A stretch of 64,000 bases of DNA, from IMG/VR virus record IMGVR_UViG_3300032242_002454, positions 62,001 to 126,000 of that record; one strand, written 5' to 3'. How positions within the stretch are numbered: the stretch's first letter is position 1; each line of letters opens with the position of its first letter. Shown here in pieces: positions 57,613 to 64,000 of this stretch. Below the pieces are notes generated by a model. The model was not told the DNA's origin and did not search any database. It worked only from the letters and a program-made list of their open reading frames with translations. The position numbers and the translations under genes were made by a program.

Positions 57613-57690
57613 TAAACCCTTGTCAATAAAGGACTTAGGGCGGGCCGGGGCGGCCGAATTTTATCTAAGTTATTTGATACCAACGACTTA
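57613..57690 (+). repeat. Double-palindrome element E17
   Basis: taaaccctt-N7-aaggactta / 28 / taagttatt-N7-aacgactta; degenerate single palindromes follow at 57715, 57766, 57918 and 58469. Confidence 0.9.
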
Positions 57691-57844
57691 CGTCAAATTA
57701 GTCAAAGAAACTCATAAGCTTAGTGTTGGCAACGGGTTACGATGACGATATACTGTATGTGGACGTAAGGCGTGTGGTGGCAAGGGTTTAGGATAAAAAG
57801 ATAATGAATAATGTAAAGATAGGATCATATTCATTTGTCTCGCC

Positions 57845-57884
57845 TAATCCAGCGGATTTGCTGACGTTGCTGGTAGTCAGCCAG
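57845..57884 (+). repeat. 40-bp family B repeat
   Basis: taatccagcggatttgctgacgttgctggtagtcagccag. Confidence 0.7.
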
Positions 57885-58109
57885 AATTGTGGCTATAGTA
57901 ACATGATTCACTGTTCCTAAGTTCTTATGTTTCAACCACTTGCAGCCGATACTACAGTATGGTATACTAGACAGTGTAACAACGATAGTAACAATCGCTC
58001 TGCTTGTTGAGACTAATTCTCAATAGATAAAGATGATTAGATATTGTTGTCTAATCTTATAGTCAGGCAAAAAATGGGAGCCCTTGTGATGCAGAAGGAA
58101 AAAATTATT

Positions 58110-58292
58110 ATGACTGATAAAAATAGAGAGAAAATAACTGATCTCTATTGCAACAGACTATTGGACGATATGGACTTTAGCACACTGTACTGTTTTGCTT
58201 TTGATATGTTGAAGGATAGTAAGAGTGGGTTGACTAATAAGATGTTGGAAGATCAAATTGCTGATTATTACCCTGACATTCTGGAGAACTAA
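58110..58292 (+). CDS. Hypothetical protein, distant paralogue of 59133-59387
   Basis: NR..Y...LD.MDF...LEDQI...PDIL versus NR...Y..IL.ELDF...LEAEI...PEVL. Confidence 0.6.
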   Translation: MTDKNREKITDLYCNRLLDDMDFSTLYCFAFDMLKDSKSGLTNKMLEDQIADYYPDILEN

Positions 58293-58439
58293 ATGGAAAT
58301 AGATATTACTAAACAAGAAGCTTGGAAACTAATAGATGCTATTCAAGCCTACATGAAAGATTATACTGTTACGGGGCCAGTTCATAAAACATTTGATGCT
58401 ATTACTAAAAAGTTAAAGGGGGTTGTGCAGGAGAAATAA
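58293..58439 (+). CDS. Hypothetical 48-aa protein (not in track)
   Basis: GGAG RBS; MEIDITKQEAWKLIDAI. Confidence 0.55.
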   Translation: MEIDITKQEAWKLIDAIQAYMKDYTVTGPVHKTFDAITKKLKGVVQEK

Positions 58440-59132
58440 TAAGTTACTAACTGGGTGAGTTTGGTTTGTAAGTTGTTTGTTCTCAAGGGTTTGCGTCAAC
58501 AGTGCCGATATGGTATACTAAGGCTGCGGTGGATAGTGGTCAACCCTAACTTCTAACTAATTGGACAATATCATTTTTATTATCCTTGTTCTTATGATCT
58601 TCTTCGTGGAATAAAATGTGTGTAAATTGCGGTGGATGGGAGAGAGTATTACTAGATACTATAGATTCTAAGAATCTCTTATTTGTATTCTAGCTTATTG
58701 TAAGTTCTATAACTCTTATTCACTTCCCCCTGCATAATACATATCCTAAATCAGAAACCCTGTCAAGTAAAAAAACTTTTTAAGTGAAATCTTATGGCTG
58801 AAATTGAGATAGGTTATTGTATCGTTGGACTAATTTCTTTAGTATCATTGATTGGAATGATATCCATTATCAGTGATATGATCTTTAATAGAGAAATAAA
58901 AAATGTAACTATAAAACGAAAGGAACCTCGCATTGATTGGGCCGAATTCGTTAAGGACTAGTCAGCAATTTTAAGGGAGTCAGTTAATAAATAACATTTG
59001 TCTCCTCCTCCCCTCTCTGGTATAATACACTAGTCAACGAGGCCAATAGTCAGACATCATGGTGAGATGATGAAGGACTTACGGAATCATGGGCAAAGAG
59101 TTGTTTTTAACTTTTAAACCATGAGGTGTACT

Positions 59133-59387
59133 ATGCGTACTCGATATGTTAGTGAGATTAATCGTAAGGAAGTTCAAAGAAAGTATATTGATGTTATCTT
59201 GGGCGAATTAGACTTCATGCAAATCAAAGATAGATTAAGAGACTATCTTGAGCATGAAAAAGATAAAGAATCTAATTATGCCTTAGAAGCAGAGATACGA
59301 AAAGAAGCACCAGAAGTATTGGTGGAAAATTGGGAAGATTTTAATGGGCCTGCTACTCTAACACAAGAGGAGCATTATCATGCCTAA
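59133..59387 (+). CDS. Hypothetical protein
   Basis: GAGG RBS before ATG 59133. Confidence 0.65.
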   Translation: MRTRYVSEINRKEVQRKYIDVILGELDFMQIKDRLRDYLEHEKDKESNYALEAEIRKEAPEVLVENWEDFNGPATLTQEEHYHA

Positions 59388-59631
59388 GAAATTTCATAGG
59401 ATAATTTCTTTTGAAGTAGAAGGTGAAATTTATGATCACCTAGCATCTCCAGAAGATATTCTAAAAAGCTATGAGTGGAAGTTTAAAGGTTTTCACGACA
59501 ATCATGAGGATAAATGTTTCTTAGAATCATCTCATGATGATAGTCGCGGACGCATTACTAAAATAGTGCGAAAGAATAAAATCGGTAAGACCGATAAAGC
59601 AGATACAGAAACTTTTACAATTAACCAATGA
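59380..59631 (+). CDS. Hypothetical protein
   Basis: GAGGAG RBS; overlaps the previous stop. Confidence 0.65.
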   Translation: MPKKFHRIISFEVEGEIYDHLASPEDILKSYEWKFKGFHDNHEDKCFLESSHDDSRGRITKIVRKNKIGKTDKADTETFTINQ

Positions 59632-59787
59632 GGTGATTTATGAATTATCAATTATTGTATTGGGGTCTTGGTGGAGTTATAGCACTGGTAGCATTAGTAT
59701 CGTTATACTATTACTCATGTCATTGTTCTCCTCCATCAATCAAATAGTAATTTGATGTTAACTTAATCCGGTGAGGTTAGTCCCAGC

Positions 59788-59827
59788 TAATCTCCCGGAT
59801 TTGGTTTTAGTGGTAATAGTCAGCGAC
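59788..59827 (+). repeat. 40-bp family B repeat
   Basis: taatctcccggatttggttttagtggtaatagtcagcgac. Confidence 0.7.
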
Positions 59828-59947
59828 ATTGTGGAGTCAGTAGGATTGATTAAGAAAAACAAACTTGACCGTATATCTCCGATGTCTATTATAGAACATC
59901 AACAGTCGCAAGGAAGCGACATCACTTTCCCAAGGAGATATTTTATT

Positions 59948-60163
59948 ATGATGAAGTTTATTCTAGTTGTTGCTCTTATGGTATTTGGTTCATCTGTCTA
60001 TGCTGGTGAATGTGCTAATGGTAATTGTACACTCCGTAGCAGGACTGTCAATGTTACAAGAGAACTAATTTCAGTTCCAGTAACAGTAACACGCCGAACT
60101 GTTGAGGCTACTCGTAATGTTGGTCGCAGGACTGTGGCTCGCGTTCGCAGCGTTGTTCGTTAA
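59948..60163 (+). CDS. Small secreted protein with CxxxC and Arg/Val/Thr-rich tail
   Basis: Signal peptide MMKFILVVALMVFGSSVYA, then GECANGNC; AAGGAG RBS (track start 59771 rejected). Confidence 0.75.
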   Translation: MMKFILVVALMVFGSSVYAGECANGNCTLRSRTVNVTRELISVPVTVTRRTVEATRNVGRRTVARVRSVVR

Positions 60164-60221
60164 TATTCTGGTTGATAGTTTGAAGGATCATGAAAGATTT
60201 GTCAGACTATAGATCACACGG

Positions 60222-60253
60222 AAAATTCCCCTGAAGAAATTCGGGGGTTTTTT
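60222..60253 (+). terminator. Intrinsic terminator
   Basis: AAAATTCCCCTGAA-GAAA-TTCGGGGGTTTTTT. Confidence 0.8.
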
Positions 60254-60271
60254 CTTTATATTTGTATCAGC

Positions 60272-60311
60272 TAATATAAAAGGGTTGGATTTTATGGATA
60301 CAGTCAGCGAG
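60272..60311 (+). repeat. 40-bp family B repeat (degenerate)
   Basis: taatataaaagggttggattttatggatacagtcagcgag. Confidence 0.6.
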
Positions 60312-60318
60312 AACTCTT

Positions 60319-60507
60319 ATGATTGTTAGTATTAAAATACAGAATGAAATGAACTGTGAATATATTTGCCAAAAGATTCAAGAAGCTATTAGTAGATATC
60401 AACAACAAAATAATATGCCAGACCTAACAGACTCTCTACTCATTATTGATATCAAGAAACCCAATGAGGATACTGAACTTATTCCAAAATTAGAATTTAA
60501 AACTTGA
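60319..60507 (+). CDS. Hypothetical protein
   Basis: 62 aa directly after a family B repeat. Confidence 0.55.
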   Translation: MIVSIKIQNEMNCEYICQKIQEAISRYQQQNNMPDLTDSLLIIDIKKPNEDTELIPKLEFKT

Positions 60508-60564
60508 TAGATCATCCTGCATCATGTATAATACTATTGGGATAATATGTACTTTTGTCCCACC

Positions 60565-60604
60565 TAAAATTCCGGGTTTGGAATTTATGGAAACAGTCAG
60601 CGAG
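60565..60604 (+). repeat. 40-bp family B repeat
   Basis: taaaattccgggtttggaatttatggaaacagtcagcgag. Confidence 0.65.
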
Positions 60605-61082
60605 AATTAGTCATGGCAAAAAAGAAGTGTTGCAAGAATAAATGCTGTGGGGAAAAACCAGTAGAAAATATTGACCCGGCCCCTGAACCTAAACTTCTTC
60701 CTAAAACAAATTTCTTCCTAGAACTAATTAAGAAAAACTTCCGATCATGAAAGATGGATTAGAAGTGTTGGGATTTGTTGCTGGGTTGTTTGTATTTGTG
60801 GAAATTTTAATTCCCCTATTATCATACTACTGGAATAGCTATGTTAATCAATCAGATTCTAATAAGCGTAGCGACTAAGTTCCCAGTTCCAGTATTGATC
60901 CATGATGATCCTACTAGAATATTCATTTCCCTAATAGGACTATTAATCCTGTCAGCAATCCTCTATAGGGTTATGAGGTATTATGGTGGAAAATAATAAT
61001 CTTATTATATATGGCCCACATATCATTTTCTCCTGCATCATCATTCGATCAGCTTTGATCTGGTATTTAGAGCATTTTTTAT

Positions 61083-61274
61083 ATGAGGACTATAATGAGT
61101 AAGGTTTCAAAAAAAGAAGAATTTCATATCCCTTTTATTAAGGAACTAGTATTTGTGGGGCTAGTTACTATAGTTTCTATGCTTTCTGTGCGATTTTTTG
61201 TAACTTCTTTTATGTCACCAACCCTTAATCCCCCCAATATTATCTATACAGATTCCCAGATTACTGAAAAGTAG
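61083..61274 (+). CDS. Single-TM hypothetical protein
   Basis: LVFVGLVTIVSMLSVRFFV. Confidence 0.5.
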   Translation: MRTIMSKVSKKEEFHIPFIKELVFVGLVTIVSMLSVRFFVTSFMSPTLNPPNIIYTDSQITEK

Positions 61275-61488
61275 GGTTTTGTTAGGTAATATCGTCTATT
61301 ATGTGGCTAATTCAATATTAATTCACTTATTAGCTTATCCCGTGGTGAAAATTGGGTTAAAGGACTAAAGGAATTGTAGCATATCGGCCTAAAGTTGTCA
61401 AGCCTCATCTGCCGATACTTGACAGATAGGATGACCTGTGGTATACTGCTACTAATAGGGTTGGAAATGTTAATAAAGTAGGGGAAAA

Positions 61489-61656
61489 ATGTATAAAAAC
61501 GTATTATTGACCGATAAAGAAATCGCCCTCCTCAAGCGTGTTGTAGGAGATCATTTGCATGAAAAATTGACTCCAGAACGTCAAAACTTGACCATTATTT
61601 ATAATCGTCTCAGGGACATCAAACCCACAAAAAAATACAATCAAAGTATCAATTAG
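61489..61656 (+). CDS. 55-aa protein (not in track)
   Basis: MYKNVLLTDKEIALLKRVV; promoter TTGACA...TATACT near 61419-61447. Confidence 0.6.
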   Translation: MYKNVLLTDKEIALLKRVVGDHLHEKLTPERQNLTIIYNRLRDIKPTKKYNQSIN

Positions 61657-61688
61657 GGTCATAATCCCACAAATCAAAAAGAAATCAA

Positions 61689-61913
61689 ATGAAATCAGAA
61701 TATCTCAATTTGACAATAGATTTGGTCGAATTGTTGTACAATCCTAACTTGTCAAAGCGTAACTATATGCTCAGGATTAAGAATGATATTTATCAGAAAT
61801 ATGAGACAGTATTAAGGAGAGATGAACTAAAGGTGTTAGCCGATTTTATTAATGAGTTTTTGGATGACACTAATGGTAACAACTATGTGGAACTTTTTGA
61901 GGGAGATGAATAA
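61689..61913 (+). CDS. Hypothetical protein, paralogue of 61913-62098
   Basis: RRDELKVLADFINEF versus TKDEIVGLANFLNQF. Confidence 0.65.
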   Translation: MKSEYLNLTIDLVELLYNPNLSKRNYMLRIKNDIYQKYETVLRRDELKVLADFINEFLDDTNGNNYVELFEGDE

Positions 61914-62098
61914 TGAGTATTGTGACTAAGGATTCTTATAAGGCTGATGTTTTTAATTTTGAAATGGAGAAGTTTGGGTCTATTTTTAATTTGACCATAA
62001 ACAATGTTATTAGTTGGGATTGGCAAAAACTTAAACTTACCAAAGATGAGATTGTGGGGCTGGCTAATTTTCTTAATCAGTTTGTGGAGGAAAACTAA
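61913..62098 (+). CDS. Hypothetical protein
   Basis: TAATG-coupled; GGAG RBS. Confidence 0.65.
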   Translation: MSIVTKDSYKADVFNFEMEKFGSIFNLTINNVISWDWQKLKLTKDEIVGLANFLNQFVEEN

Positions 62099-62276
62099 TG
62101 GTAATTCAAAAAACTTGGACAGACCTTTTGGGAAAGCCTCAAGGTAATGAAAGTGTTGATGGGAAAGATATTGTGAGGGAAGTTAGTCCTCATCAATTTA
62201 GAATACTGTGGTCATGCTGCACTAATAAAGAAGCTAATTGGATTTATACCTATTGGACAACTATGGAGAATAGCTA

Positions 62277-62504
62277 ATGAAATGGAACATAGAACTTGTC
62301 AAAGCAAAACACAGGTTTGAGACAGACCATTCATTAAACCAGCTATCATATTATGATACTATGTCAGATTGTTTGGTTCCTATGCTTGACGAGCCTTTGT
62401 CTCCTAAATTAATTTTGCAAATGGAAGAATTTTCACAATCGGACAAGGGAATTGTATTCATGGATTATAAAACTCACAAAATAGGCTTAATAATTAATAA
62501 CTGA
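62277..62504 (+). CDS. Hypothetical protein
   Basis: GGAG RBS. Confidence 0.6.
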   Translation: MKWNIELVKAKHRFETDHSLNQLSYYDTMSDCLVPMLDEPLSPKLILQMEEFSQSDKGIVFMDYKTHKIGLIINN

Positions 62505-62525
62505 AAAGATATACGGAGAAAACTA

Positions 62526-62705
62526 ATGACTAGATTAAATTTGGATTTGACAACTAAACAGATCAATATTCTATTTAAGGCTTTGGAAAGTCTTGAGAAG
62601 AATAATACTGTAGGAGATACTGAACTTAGTAGAGATATTGTTAAGTTGACAAGATATTTGGATAGTGTGGTGTTTGTTGAGAAATGGTATGTGGAGAATA
62701 AATAA
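62526..62705 (+). CDS. 59-aa protein (not in track)
   Basis: GGAG RBS; MTRLNLDLTTKQINILFKAL. Confidence 0.6.
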   Translation: MTRLNLDLTTKQINILFKALESLEKNNTVGDTELSRDIVKLTRYLDSVVFVEKWYVENK

Positions 62706-62911
62706 TGACCTATAGTATAGTCTATGAATACGGAGAAGATCCAAATACTTCAATAAAATATATTAGAAATGAATATGGACTATTTTGCTCCAATGGTCGT
62801 TTTTTAAGCAAATGGAGTAACCAAAATGGTTGGCTAGACATTACCACATTTATTGATTATACTCCTATTGAGCAAGTTGAGAGTATTACTAGAAAAATGT
62901 TTGGAGAATAA
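62705..62911 (+). CDS. Hypothetical protein
   Basis: GGAG RBS; TAATG-coupled. Confidence 0.6.
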   Translation: MTYSIVYEYGEDPNTSIKYIRNEYGLFCSNGRFLSKWSNQNGWLDITTFIDYTPIEQVESITRKMFGE

Positions 62912-62973
62912 ATAATGGCTGGACTAGTATTGTTCGGTATATTAGGATATATGGCTTGTATACGAATTTATGA

Positions 62974-63255
62974 TTGGTGGAATGGATATGGGGATTTATT
63001 TTAATGACTAAATCTGAATATAAGGCTTACCACTTTAAAGTTATCCAGTACATTTATGCAGAATATAGGGATTTTCATTTTAATAAGATGAAAAATGGAT
63101 CATTATTGATTCAATTAAATCCAATCGATAAACACCTATTTCATTTACTAATTAAAAATCTATACAATCCTAAAGATAGTATTAATAATATTGCTGGTAA
63201 TGTAATGGAAGAGATGTATCAACATTTATGGGGAATTTCTAAGATAAGGTCTTGA
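62974..63255 (+). CDS. Hypothetical protein
   Basis: Track ORF; start may be ATG 63004. Confidence 0.5.
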   Translation: MVEWIWGFILMTKSEYKAYHFKVIQYIYAEYRDFHFNKMKNGSLLIQLNPIDKHLFHLLIKNLYNPKDSINNIAGNVMEEMYQHLWGISKIRS

Positions 63256-63300
63256 CAACATCCGATAAGAATGGTATGCTTACTGGCAAAGAGATAACTA

Positions 63301-63489
63301 ATGACTCTGCTAAGAACTCTGAATCTTGAATATGATACTATCGAGATTCATTATAATGAGCTTTTGAAAAATAAACCTTACTTGGTGAGGGTTTTCTCAT
63401 ATAATAATACTGATCCCAGCGAACTACGTCTGGACGAAAAAGAAGTAAAAAATCTATATCAAACCCTTAAAGAACATGAGCTATTATGA
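63301..63489 (+). CDS. Hypothetical protein
   Basis: Follows promoter TTGACA-acatccgataagaatgg-TATGCT (63253). Confidence 0.6.
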   Translation: MTLLRTLNLEYDTIEIHYNELLKNKPYLVRVFSYNNTDPSELRLDEKEVKNLYQTLKEHELL

Positions 63490-63824
63490 AACCCATAATT
63501 CTAACGGATGAACAAGTGGCATCAATGCTGACTAGGGCATTTTACGAGGGTTTTAACTTCACTTGTGAAGGATTTAACGGAGAATGTGCATTTGACCATT
63601 TAGCCCCAGATGGATTGACGCTTGAGGAAAAGTCAGCTATTACCGTCAGAGAGATACTGTCAGATCATGATGCTAAACTAATGACTAAACCCATAATTTT
63701 AACGGATAAGGAAATTGAAGCAATTAAATGGTGTGTGGAGCAGTGGACGGGTATTAAACGAGCCGAAACTCTCCGTAATCTATTAGAAAGAATAAAGGAT
63801 AATGAAAACTTTAGTAGTAATTGA
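63486..63824 (+). CDS. Hypothetical protein with internal repeat
   Basis: KPIILTDEQ and KPIILTDKE both present. Confidence 0.6.
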   Translation: MKPIILTDEQVASMLTRAFYEGFNFTCEGFNGECAFDHLAPDGLTLEEKSAITVREILSDHDAKLMTKPIILTDKEIEAIKWCVEQWTGIKRAETLRNLLERIKDNENFSSN

Positions 63825-64000
63825 AGTTGAAAACGAAATCGGCAACCCTTCTGCTCAAGATATAGAATTTTTTGTTAAACAAATCATAGAAAAAGGACTT
63901 GTTGGGAATTTTGACATACACAAGTATTGCCCAATGAGTGGTATATCGCTAAGAGTTTTAATAGCACTTCAAGCTGATAAAGATAGACTAAAGGGTCTTG
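63802..64000 (+). CDS. Hypothetical protein (runs off the window edge)
   Basis: AAGGA RBS; ATG 63802 open to the end. Confidence 0.55.
   Translation, partial: MKTLVVIEVENEIGNPSAQDIEFFVKQIIEKGLVGNFDIHKYCPMSGISLRVLIALQADKDRLKGL

Noticed and set aside
38542-57690. CRISPR array
   Set aside because: Repeats are degenerate 78-mers separated by 0.4-2.8 kb of genes, not identical repeats with 30-40 nt spacers; no cas genes.
38542-57690. Canonical dif/XerCD or integron attC sites
   Set aside because: No ATAA-N6-TTAT dif core and no GTTRRRY/RYYYAAC; only the architecture is similar.
38542-57690. Elements as intrinsic terminators
   Set aside because: No U-tract follows them, and arm mismatches are not compensated. 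True terminators are present separately (38378, 57558, 60222).

Overview
This is a 64 kb piece of a large tailed dsDNA phage genome (Caudoviricetes). The host may be a planctomycete, but that is a weak inference from two small secreted proteins. Bases 1-37.75 kb are an AT-rich, minus-strand late/structural block: a sigma-70-like factor, gmd, HNH, ERCC4 nuclease, terminase large subunit, portal, protease/scaffold, capsid proteins, then many fibre/adhesin genes including a 4023-aa giant. A plus-strand glycosyltransferase + alginate-lyase-family pair is inserted in this block. Bases 37.8-64 kb are plus-strand early/accessory genes, about 65 mostly tiny ORFs, with 8 tRNA genes and 2 HNH endonucleases. 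The most striking feature is 17 co-oriented copies of a 78-bp element between 38.5 and 57.7 kb: two 9-7-9 palindromes (TAAGTSSTT-N7-AASSACTTA) always 28 bp apart. Most copies lie at or just after a stop codon and before a sigma-70 promoter, cutting the region into roughly 1 kb cassettes. Accompanying motifs are four perfect sigma-54 boxes in both orientations, a CCTTAC-N6-GTAAGG palindrome, CGATA-tagged promoters and a second 40-bp repeat family. A ~510-nt ORF-free transcript candidate (47860-48370) folds into four multistem domains joined by AAUACAA linkers and may be an undescribed large ncRNA. All family assignments come from motif recognition by eye; no database searches were run.
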